Origin: Ostrea edulis
Taxonomy: Eukaryota
NCBI RefSeq assembly: GCF_947568905.1
Contig: NC_079172.1
Span: 9,548,001-9,612,000, forward strand
Direction of reading: 5' to 3'
DNA: 64,000 bases
Below are positions 53,321-64,000 of the stretch, piece after piece. The first letter of the stretch is position 1, and every line of letters starts with the position of its first letter. The notes below the pieces were generated by a model. It made no database searches. It was not told where the DNA came from and saw only the letters and a program-made list of their open reading frames with translations. The position numbers and the translations under genes are program-made.

Positions 53321-55489
53321 ATGCTCGGAACTTGTTGTTGTGTGCCGTATTGTTGTAATAGGGGTGGTCATCATGTATTTCCATCAGACTCGTTAAGAAA
53401 CAAGAGGCCCAAGGGCCTAGAATCGCTCTTCTGATAAATTGTACAACCCCACCATTTCTATTCTTAGCCTCTTAGTATTCTAAATCTTTAGTTAAATCCT
53501 AAGATTTAAGGTCAATGTGACCTACTTTTTGGTCTACACATTTTGAGAACCCAAGAAATATCAACTGACAAAGTTTGATGATTTTAAGCCAATTAGTATC
53601 TGAATATTGAAATATAGCTGTCAAATTCCAATCGTAGGTCATGGTGACCTAATTTTTGGTCAGCGAACTCCGAACATGCAAGACCCATCAACTGACAAAG
53701 TTTGATGACTGTAGGTCAAATAGTATCTGAAATATATAAATATAGCCGTCAAATTCCAAAAGTAGGTCAAGGTGACCTATTTTTTTCGTCAACACCCTTC
53801 AAACATGCAAGACCCAACAACTGACAAAGTTTGATGACTGTAGGTCAAATAGTATCTGAATTATATAAATATAGCTGTCCAATTCCAAAAGTAGGTCAAG
53901 GTGACCTACTTTTTGTCAACACCCTTTGAACATGCAAGACGCATCAACTGACAAAGTTTGATGACTGTAGGTCAAATAGTATCTGAAATATATAAACATA
54001 GGTGTCCAATTCCAAAAGTAGGTCAAGTTGACCTACTTTTTGGTCGAAACCCTTCGAACATGCAAGACCCATCAACTGACAAAGTTTGATGACTGTAGGT
54101 CAAATCGTATTTGAAATATATAAATATAGCCGTCAAATTCCAAAAGTAGGTCAAGGTGACCTACTTTTTGGTCGACACACTCCGTTGACTCAAGATGCAT
54201 CAACTGTCAAAGTTTGATGATTGTAGGTCAATTAGTGACTGAAATATATAAATATAACTGTCAAATGCCAAAAGTAGGTCACAGTGACCTACTTTTTGGT
54301 CAATACACTCCAAAGACTCAAGATGCATCAACTGACAAAGTTTGATGATTGTAGGTCAAATAGTGTCTGAAATATAGTAATTTAGCTGTCAAATACCAAA
54401 AGTAGGTCACGGTGACCTACTTTTTGGTCGACACAAACCGAAGACTGAAGACGCATCAACTGACAAAGTTTGATGATCCTAGGTTTTACAGTGCCCAAAA
54501 TATGCATCTAAAATTGAAAATGTGAAATTTGAATATCTGCAAAATTCAAAAAGTAGGTCACTGTGACCTACTTTTTTTATAAATATGTTTCAAGGCCTCA
54601 AGATTCATCAACTTACAAGATTTGATGATTCTAAACCTCTCGGTATTTGAAATAACAACTTAAAATATATCTATAAATGATAAGCCATAAAATTCAGAAA
54701 GTAGGTCACGGTGACCTATTTTTCAGTTGACGCATTTCAAGGTACCATGATCCACCAACTGACAAGTTTTGATGATCATAGGCTTCAAAGTGTCCAAGAT
54801 ATGCATCAAAATTAATTTTAAAATAAATACCTGCAAAATTCAAAAAGTAGGTCACCGTGACCTACTTTTGAGACAACTTGACACAAGGTCCTAAGATGCA
54901 TCAACTGTCAAAATTTGATGATCCTAGTCCTTATAATGACTAAAATATCTAAGATTTAAGGAATTTAAAAAAAAAATTAATTTAGGTCAACTTTGAAGTG
55001 ACCTTGAGACCACACCCTTTGCCCCAGGGTAATGCCTTGAACAATTTTTAATCTACAACATATCCTCATCCTTATGTGTAAGTTTGGTGATAATCTGCCC
55101 TGTGGTTCTTGAGAAGAAGATTTTTTAGCAACCACTATTTTTTTTTTGGTATTTTCCTGATTATCTCCCCTTGTTAAAGGGTCACATCCCTATATTTAGT
55201 ATGTATGAAAGCCCTTGGGCCAATGATACCCTGTAACAAATTTGAAAAAAATTGGCCAAGGGGTTCTTGAGTTATAGCCCTTTTTCTAAAAAGTTTACGC
55301 ACACCGCACACCGCACAAATGGCCATAGCATTAGCTCTTTGAGCCTTTGGCTCAGAGGAGCTAAAAAGGCCTGGATTCACGCAATTAAACGTGGTGAAAC
55401 TCGTTTTCAAAGCTGTACTCCGTCAACTTTTCCTGTTGTTTGCAGAGCGCATTTTATATCGGACGACTATTTGACTGAAACTGAATATG
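53321..55489 (+). pseudogene. THAP zinc-finger exon of the transposase, split by a HINE insertion (pieces 53321-53400 and 55366-55489)
   Basis: Joined translation MLGTCCCVPYCCNRGGHHVFPSDSLRK-KAWIHAIKRGETRFQSCTPSTFPVVCRAHFISDDY shows the THAP C-x-x-P-x-C...FP...W...C-x-x-HF signature. Donor G|GTAACT at 55489/55490. Confidence 0.8.
53399..55365. mobile_element. HINE (Helentron-associated interspersed element) with a central tandem array
   Basis: Starts aacaagaggcccaagggcct...atcgctc. Ends with (acaccgc)n, a short hairpin gagcctttggctc and gaggagctaaaaa. Inserted in an A-run. Internal ~128-bp and ~148-bp repeat units. Confidence 0.8.
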
Positions 55490-56102
55490 GTAACTATTGC
55501 TTATCTTGAATTTTTGTTTATAATATACATGTACAAAGTAATGTTGATATATAGTATTTTGTGTAGTACTTATATCGCATTTACTGAGAAAAATCCGCTA
55601 ATGGGATCGGCAACTTACTACACATGCAAAATAATCTGATAAGGTTACAAACACTCTCACACGAGGAATCCCCACTGACACTTGCAATTACTGGTCATTT
55701 ATTACTACCCATTATATCTTAACACCATAATGAAAAAGTGAAGATGAAGAACAGTGATCAATTTCATAACTACTATATAATCACAAAATATGTCCAAAAG
55801 TATCCACCCTGTTGATAATTTATGCATACCTGCAAGCATGGGATTCTGTGTTTTGACATTGATGTCTACTTAAAACATTGTTTACAAATTTTACAGGTTT
55901 CAGATAAATCAAAAAACAAATGCGATCCTTTTGTATATATATATTAAGTTCATAATGATGCAGATGTTTGTAGTTATATTATTTGCTACTCTTTGATAAA
56001 TTATACTGCAAGTTCTAAAACATATTTTAGTACATGTATGTATAACCCTTACTAATTCAGTAATTGATTCAAAGCATCATTGATACAATTCATTCAGTTT
56101 TT

Positions 56103-56309
56103 AGGAATGACTCCTGTGCTACTGTGATAGAGGACAGAAAGATATCCAGCAAACGTGTACACATTGAAAGAATTATTGGACTTGCCAAAACTTTCAAAAT
56201 ACTGAGAGAACCTATGAATAGCTCTGAAACAAAGCTTTCCTGTAAAATTATTTATGTCAGTTTCATGTTGTACAATTTTAAGAATTGCATAGTGCCATCT
56301 TATGCATAA
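56103..56309 (+). pseudogene. C-terminal fragment of a DDE_Tnp_4 (Harbinger/ISL2EU-type) transposase
   Basis: DRKISSKRVHIERIIGLAKTFKIL...IIYVSFMLYNFKNCIVP matches the R-V-H-I-E-R-x-I-G motif carrying the catalytic E. Most of the core domain is missing. Confidence 0.75.
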
Positions 56310-56351
56310 TTCACCATTAAAAATTGATGTGATTAAAGAATAAACCTTTAT

Positions 56352-56522
56352 TTAATTTTTTAAACATTTATTCCATGTACATTTACCATCGTATGTCTTG
56401 AAAAACGTTTTCTCTAACAGAGCAGACTTAAAATATCTTTCATAGAATTCATTAAAATTTCTCTTCATCTCGTCAATAAATTTGTCATTCCTTTTAATTT
56501 GAAAAGCTCTTATCACAATGAA
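56352..56522 (-). pseudogene. C-terminal fragment of a YqaJ/lambda-exonuclease-like second ORF
   Basis: Hand translation FIVIRAFQIKRNDKFIDEMKRNFNEFYERYFKSALLEKTFFK. It is convergent with the transposase stop, as expected for ISL2EU. The similarity is recalled, not searched. Confidence 0.55.
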
Positions 56523-56978
56523 GGTCCCTGTAGAGTTGTGGATCGGGTGACATCATAATAAATTCAGGTCCAGAAATATCGGTCCTTGCACGATGTTCAT
56601 TTCTTCTATATGCTTCAATTAAGTCTGTAATCAAATAACACTTATCAGGTGATCATTATAATGTAAAACATAGTGGCAATAATCAAATGATTATAACACT
56701 GTATCGTTTTATTCAATATAAAAATGCGTTTCTATTTTGCTGCAGACATGAAGCAATATAGCAACGATGTTGGAATTGCCGAGGAAATTCAAGATTAGTT
56801 TAGCTCGGTGAATCTGCAAACTTTTACAAGAATTCCTTTCTGATAACGTATGTAACACCTAGTTTCATTATACGTTGTTATAATATATTTAGATAATATC
56901 TAAACACCATTGATAGTTATTTACTGCGTTAATCATATTTTACTTGGATTAACATAAAAACATTGAATGTTTATTTAC

Positions 56979-57079
56979 CTTCTTACAAGTTACTACTTTC
57001 TTCCCAATTTCTTTGCTCCAAACTTTTCTAACTCTTTCCTAAGTTCAGGTATTGCCATATGACCACAACTGGATGCCAT
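56979..57079 (-). pseudogene. SAP-domain first exon of the second ORF, carrying two stop codons
   Basis: MASSCGHMAIPELRKELEKFGAKKLGRK**LVR followed by donor AG|GTAAAT. Fits the SAP pattern ELxxELxxxGxxxxGxKxxLxxR. Confidence 0.6.
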
Positions 57080-60000
57080 CGTAAGTAAAAGGTAGTGTTT
57101 GTGTTTTCCGAAATCGCATTCGACAATGGTTGCTGATAAACCCATCTTCTCAACATTGATCTTTCTTTTTTTTTTTTTTTTGTTCAAGGCCGGATTTGCC
57201 TGTGGCGCTCTCTATCAATACAAGATAAGATAACCGACTCCGGTTCCTCATCGAAGATGATGAATATAATGGTAAACTCAAACTTTTGGATAAATGACCA
57301 CCAAAATGGTGGAAAATTTTCAGTGTTGTCTGATCTGTAAAAGCATGTGCATAAGGTAGTTGATGATTTGGAATAAAATGGTGAACTGGAAATTTTCAAA
57401 ATAGCCTCAAAGAACACGTCATTTTTTTTCCCCTGTCCGATCCAATCTACATGTGTAATAATCGGTAGCGAATTCAAAACAGCTAAATTTAATTAGATTG
57501 TGTCCGATCTCATCAAAATTTGGTATGTAAGGGTAATTGAGTATGGCGAATAAAATGGTGAACTTTCTTGAAAATGCTGAACTCGCCGTTCTAAAGATGG
57601 CCAACAAAAGACATCAAATTTCAGAATAAAACTTGAATGTATAGGGGAAACCCTGCCCAAATATTTTTGCAGTGGTTTTGAAAATGCATTAAATGCAATC
57701 CCAGTATTTCACATGCTGAGGATACAATAAAAAAAAATTTGCTTTAATGGGGACTCCCTGCCCAACGCGTCCATTTTCCAATGTCCTATCTCAACAAAAG
57801 TCAGTATGTAGTGGTACATGTAGTTTAGGATGAGGAATAAAATGGTGAACTCGATATTCTAAAAATGTTGGAAATTTTCAAAATAATTTCTGAAAACGCG
57901 TCGATTTTTAATGCCCGATCTGAACAAAAATTCAATTAGTATGAGGTAGTTGAGGATGGCGCACATTATGATAAACTCCAAATTATCAAAATGGTCAAAA
58001 TTTTCCTTGGAAAACGTTTCAATATTTCAAAGTTGTCCGAACTCAACAAAATTTGGTATGTAATGGTTGTTTGGAATCGCGATAAAATGGTGAACTCGAC
58101 ATTTTGAAAATGGCCGCACAAACCGTGTCAAATTCCTGATTAAAACTTTAATGTACAGGGGAACCTCTGCCCAATTCTTTTTAGCGATTTTTGAAAATGC
58201 TTTTTAAAGAATTCCAGAATTTTACGTCTCTTAGGGGATACAATCACAATTATTTAAAATCCATCATGGTAATTCATGTATCTTTTTTTTAAAGGGTGCA
58301 GTTTTCTGACATACATGTAATACGTGTTTGAAATTTATAATATCTGGTTGGTTTGGTATGTGAAATACAATGCCTCCATTAACTAATGGCGCACTTAAAA
58401 CTTGTTTTTTCTTGTGCTGAAAGAGTTTCCTTTCGTTCTAAGGGATCTCAGGAGAATCAACTTTCATGGTTTTGGAAGAGGAGTACAAGACTAAAACCGC
58501 ATGAAGTTTACTATTAGTATTTTGAGGAAAGTGAAGTTAAAGCAATTCTATTTTGGGGGGTAGGAATTCAAGTGGTGTTCGTTTGGGAGGCTTTCGTAAT
58601 AACATCCTGTTACAATTATTACTTGTCAAAATTGCAGTTCCTTTAAACGTACTTACAAATATGATTCTATGGGCAATATTCAATTTAACACATTTTGCCA
58701 AGGTGTGTTTTAGATAAATTCCTTTAGGATGATTTGGATAGCAAATAGCTATTGTTGATCTATTGAATTGATCACATTCAACATTACATACACGGTATCT
58801 AGAAGGGATTGTGGATTTCTACAGCCTGTCATAGCCGAAAAGTGAATCGTGCGTATGTGTACATGTATACAAATTTCAAGGTTACTACCATGTTTAATAG
58901 ATAACGCGAGCAATACATGTACATGCAGTTAAAATGTGACTAATGTTAACAGATGCAGACAGACTGACAAACGCGACATGCCTCCGATTTAGTAGCACAT
59001 GTATATTGTGCACGTCTTTACGGTACGGAGCAAAACGCTGTTGGTTCTAAAAAGATATTCGAACTATTTCCTTCTCTTTCACAAGGATTAGTAACAAACC
59101 ACAATATAAAAATCGAAACATATGTCCCTAAATCCCCTGTAATCCGTTTTTCATACTTAGAACCCATCACTCTGAAGAGAATTCGTACGAAAACCGCGAA
59201 TGCAATCTACAACAACACCTCGGGATGAAGGTATGACAAAATAATAAATACATGTCTTAATGACGTAAGCGAGATTACATTTGATTGTTATTATTAGACA
59301 CCGTCTGTTTCATAAATTCTTCATATGTTAAGATCTGTGAGGAACACCGCTCATTAAGTTATCATTTTCATCACATGCTGTGTGAGGGTGTTGCGTTATC
59401 TGATAAAATGTCAGCAATTGAAAGTTTATCGAAATTTACTGTTTTGTATTACTAATTATGAGATATTTTGTGTCGATAAAAACAGGAGTATGAAGTTTCA
59501 TTTGTAAAGCATTGAAATATTGCACAGCTGTTTCAAGCTGTGTAAATGTTTTCACAGATTAAACGAAACTGATATTGCACGACAGAAAATTAATATATAG
59601 TTTCATTATGAATATATACAACTATATATACACACCCTAGGTTCCGATATGTACGGTCTTTTCAGAAAATCGGTATAAATGCCGAAATGACAATACACCA
59701 AATTGATGTAATGTCGATTTGGTACTTTTAATACAATTTTCTTTGGAGCGAGGGGACATTTTTACCTTCTGATACGTTGATAATAATTTTGAACTACCAA
59801 GTCTGAATCTATTTGATTTACTGACTAATTCTAAACCATTGGGTAACAACCTGAAGTGAGATATGCTTAGTGGAAAGTCATAGAAAAAAAATGTATTTTT
59901 CAAATATTGACGGCTAGATAGGTAAAGTTAAGGAGCTCACGACATTCATCGTAAAATCAACCCACCTCTCCGCCTTGTTCCTATATATGTAACACTAGGT

Positions 60001-60618
60001 CATTCTTAATGATATTCTGCTTAGCGAAACTAATCATACCGCTTACTCCCCCTCGGATAATTTCAGTCCCTTTAATGTGATTTTGTCACTATTTATTTAT
60101 AATTATGTATGTTATGAGATGGGTCTCATATATAAAATAGTTATTAACTTCCCAGACGTCATACATAAAATTTGTCTGATATGGTAGACTAGTTCGTCTT
60201 AAAAAATCGTCAGAACCACTCTTCGATGTTTCTCGTTGATGAGACTGCAGTTTATTCAACGTTTATGATACCACTTACTGATATCTCAAAATCTGTATCA
60301 TTTATATTTCTTTTTAAAAAAGTTTTCTGTGTTTTACGTCGCTCTGAGGATCTTTCACTCATGTACATAGGTCATCAGGTTGGGTGAAGCAACTTTACCA
60401 ATCACACAGGGCGATTTGGTACTGGTGCTTCTTAATCGTGGCATGGGGCATCGATTTTTAAGATCTCGTTCGAAAGAACCCCGAATTTTATAACTAATAC
60501 ATAACGCTTGGTGAGTGAATATTTGCTACTTGTACATGTACCTCTCTAAACGCAACAGGCCTAACATTACTGGGGTTTAAACCCACGACCTCCTGAACAC
60601 GAAGCGAGCGCACGGTGG

Positions 60619-60949
60619 CGAATCAAGTGACTTTTGATATGATCAATTACACAAAATGGCGACGAAATTTAACACAAGGGAAAATTCAAACGAAAAAGTA
60701 ACACCTTTATTAATTACGAACTGTCACATAACTTATATCAACATTTGAAGAATTTTCTCAGGAACAAGTGTTAGTTATACATGCGATATACAAGCAGAGA
60801 ACACTGACATAGTTTTTTGTTTTTAGTCAAAAACTTTTTGATAAAGGTTAAGTGTCAATTTGTTATTGATAAAGGTAATTCTTTTTCGTTTGAATTTCCC
60901 CTTGTGTTGATTTTTGTCGCCATTTTCCGTGTCAAAGTCACGTGATTCG
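60619..60949. mobile_element. MITE-like element with ~90-bp imperfect terminal inverted repeats
   Basis: cgaatcaagtgacttttg...aaaatggcgacgaaatttaacacaagggaaaattcaaacgaaaaag mirrors ctttttcgtttgaatttccccttgtgttgatttttgtcgccatttt...aaagtcacgtgattcg. Confidence 0.65.
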
Positions 60950-63214
60950 GCTCCATGGAGGGATTACCGTCATCAGTTGTATGTGCAAATGAAATTCCCA
61001 AATATTTGTCAATAATTTTATTTTGAAAAGGTCGTCAGGTTTTAAACAGACTTGTAATTCACATAGAGCATTCAGTACATGATCGCGATCTTTTAATTAA
61101 TTGAACATTTTCCAAATAACAAATTTATTTATCTTCCATGTAAAATAGGGAGCAAACTGAGATTGTTAGACACGGCTAAGACATTGGTAGTACTTAAAAG
61201 ACATAGTTCTTCGTGTGTGATTTTTTCTCTCTCTCTTTTCTTAAGTTTTATACCTTAATTTGTAGAGATAATCAATTGCTTGAAACTTGGTACACGCAGG
61301 TTGTTTACATGCATGTACATGTGAAATTTGAGGGTAGTCAGTTGTTTGAGACAATGCTATGTAAGGTGTCATTTTTTCCGTTATGGACAGACAAGACAAG
61401 TAACATACAATACATCCTGTTGAAATATTTTTAAAACTAATTTCACAAATTAATTTTTAAATTTAATGATGTCAACCTTAGACTACAGCTTCCTAGGTTG
61501 CTGTCTAAGAAAGACAACTCTCTCGAATACAACACCAAGTGAACATTGATTTATCTAGAGTTATCTTTCCACTTCATAGATCAGACGAAAGAATTTAATA
61601 GTATATCCTACCTAAATTCACAAGTAGCCATATATCTGTTATCGGAGACTTTACATTGCACAATATGCAAATACGTTTCTACGGTCCTCTGAGGATAAAA
61701 AAATGGTGCGAACTACATGTTTAATTTTCACAAAGAATTGGAAGAATCGTGTGATAGGTGGGCGAGACACGAAGATTAAAAAAACCATGTAGGATTGTTC
61801 TACAGATTTTATTGCTGTATCAAGTAACTTTAGACAAGAAGATACGCGAATGTTCAGGAATCCAGTTGATTATTTGGTGCTAGGGAGTCCAGAGTTTTAA
61901 AGACATTTTGCAGATTTACTATATACATGTACAGACACTCGATTTACTACCGGCGTTTCCTACCCAGAAGTATAGAATTTCACAGTTCTGGTAAACACTG
62001 CTTTCTTCGTTATCACTTTGCACCCAGTTTGGTTGTTTAATTTGCTGGTGTCCAGGGGAAGATTTTTAATAGAAATAAGTTATTTCCAGAAGTGTTTTAC
62101 TACGATGTACATGTATATATAGGTGCTATATTAGTAGCCCCGCACGAACTCCAGATCCTGAAAACCATGCATGGGTAATGAATTTTACAATTGTCATAGA
62201 GGCATTCTTTCTTGTCATGAGTATGCACACTGTATTGTCCACTAGATCTTACAGACAGAGATCCGTCAAGAGGTTTTAAGAAACATCATTTCTTGAAATT
62301 TTGGTCTCCATTGAAGATGGCATGAAATTCACAAGTCACGTAGTTCTCATCCCATTTACGCTACATGCCAATTTGAGGGGGGGGGGGGGGGGGTCTGAGG
62401 AGAAGCTAAATAGCTAACATTTAATACAGTCGAATTTGGAGGTTTATTATTTCCATTCACCTTGGTGCATGCCACACTGAATTATGTTATGTTGACTGTG
62501 ACATCATTAAGGCGAGCGCAGATATGTATACATTAAAGATTCCGGAATCTTTTCCCGGTGGAGGGGATTGCCACATGCAATTTTTCCAAGCCTATTCTTG
62601 AAAATAACAGTATTTACTTCTGGAAGTGCTTTAAAAGAATAGATAAATGTATTTTTTCTACCAAACTCGGGGACATGGGTGGTTTGACTTCCCCTTTCCT
62701 AGCATGACCTCAACCAATGAAATAAAGATGCTGAATGGAAAAAGTAACGGAAATACTCTATAATGTAATGAAGATCGTACAATATAATAAAAACATCTCC
62801 ATAAATCGCTATTCAATATCGAGGTAGTGATATCCTTACACATTGTGTAAGAACCCCCATGTAGCATTGTAATAATTGTAGCATAGTATTCCTCATAATG
62901 ACAGTAAAACAATATCATATTGAACAGAATCCTAATCTTTAACTCACTGATTATTTCAGTATATTCGCATCTCGTAAATAAAATATTTATGTAGATATAC
63001 GTTACACCCCCTCTCCTACTTTTTGTCGGTATGGATACAGTGTGATCCTTTCAAGAAGCCTGTGATTATGTAATCAAGGTGTTCGTGATCATCTGATGTT
63101 TACAGTAATATCTCTTTATAAACGTACATACTTTTCAGTAAAATTCCGTGGTTGAATTGTTTCATCGTGTGCAAGCATGCTGATGCTCTAAACAAGACAA
63201 GATGATGAAGAGAG

Positions 63215-63943
63215 CATGTGCGGATCTAGAGAATAGTCGGGGGTGGGAGTAGACCATTATGATTTGTGCAAAAAATTGAGTTATTTACGCTAAGCGATGA
63301 GTACTTTACTAAATCACTAAATTAACATGCTTGGTTAAGTACAGAGTGTTCTCTAAGGAATATATACTGGGGTGATTTGTTTGACAGCCATCTTTCAGTT
63401 ACAATTTACATAATTACCGGTGATTAATGTAACAATTTTATTCATACCCAGTCTTTATCAATAGTAAGGATTGGACGTGTAAATGTTTTCGCCTTTCACT
63501 ATCTTGCCAACAACAAACCTCTGGACAATATAAACCTATGACTGACGGTATTGTATGCGGCTGTTTCGTCTTAAAGTCATTGATGATGACGTCGGTAGAG
63601 CACTACTTCGTTCATTATCAGATATTGACCGAACAGAAATTGTACAATCATTTATCAGGACGGCAAACGGAAGGTGATTTCAATCAAGTATCTTTTGCTT
63701 TAAATCAGGACCTCCATGTTTTTCATGGCAATTAGTAAAAGTTCGTGGAAATTTAAGTTTGAACCGATGAAAAAAAAAACAAAAAAACATGCACTAAAGC
63801 ATCACCCTGATCCGCTCCATTTTTGGATTTGAGCCTTGAGTTGAATTGAACCTTCACGTTTTTGTTTGTTTAAAAGGAGACTTTTTTCTACCAAAACTTC
63901 TAACCCCACTCCCTCCCGTAAAATAATCTTAGATCCACACATG
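63215..63943. mobile_element. Putative non-autonomous TIR element
   Basis: Ends catgtgcggatctag and ttagatccacacatg are near-perfect 15-bp inverted repeats. No TSD seen. Confidence 0.4.
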
Positions 63944-64000
63944 GGGGCTGTCACCAGGTTTCACATCACCGAGCCTAGAAAATCTACGCGAGCAGTAGGT

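Larger units (their letters stand above)
53178..57249 (+). mobile_element. Internally deleted ISL2EU-type (PIF/Harbinger-related) DNA transposon
   Basis: TIRs GAGGAACCGGCTCCGGTTATCTT and AAGATAACCGACTCCGGTTCCTC (20/23 match), flanked by AT on both sides. Convergent remnants of THAP + DDE transposase (+) and SAP + YqaJ-like exonuclease (-), the gene set known for ISL2EU. Confidence 0.8.
53135..58260. mobile_element. Older repeat with internally repeated modules, interrupted by the ISL2EU element (pieces 53135-53177 and 57252-~58260)
   Basis: Removing 53178-57249 and one AT restores tccgatctcaacgaaatttggtgtgtaggagtaATcgaagatgatgaatataatggtaaactc. This aligns without gaps to the sibling module near 57504; related modules lie near 57790 and 58036. 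Outer ends are approximate. Confidence 0.55.

Noticed and set aside
62658-62918. Minus-strand ORF containing TMLHGGSY...SILNS...LHYRV, reminiscent of the neuroligin VMVYIHGGSY...SILAS...INYRL exon
   Set aside because: Motif spacing is not collinear (8 vs 10 and 13 vs 8 residues). The G-x-G-N residues are absent, I saw no suitable splice sites, and it lies upstream of both first exons with no following gene body. Most likely chance.

Overview
AT-rich animal genomic DNA, most likely oyster (Ostreidae), judged from its repeat families: Cg170-like satellite inside Helentron-associated (HINE) elements, Penelope-like RT tails and tRNA-SINEs. It has one assembly gap (10794-10991). The only convincing host coding sequences are two paralogous minus-strand exons (46614-47037 and 20726-21155). 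Each encodes a signal peptide plus the N-terminus of a neuroligin/type-B carboxylesterase fold and ends at the same phase-1 donor after EDCLxxNxYxP. I found no downstream gene-body exons in the gap-free 25 kb between them, or in the 20 kb beyond the second. They may therefore be alternative variable first exons spliced to shared constant exons outside the window. The rest is intron-like and repeat-rich. It includes an ISL2EU-type DNA transposon skeleton (TIRs, AT TSD, THAP, DDE, SAP and YqaJ remnants) whose THAP exon is split by a HINE carrying 11 perfect AGGTCAnnnTGACCT palindromes. It also has many Penelope-like 3' fragments, SINEs, MITEs and minisatellites, and a strong excess of TACATGTA, which at two sites is demonstrably a 6-bp insertion at a TA. 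All calls were made by eye; no database searches were run.
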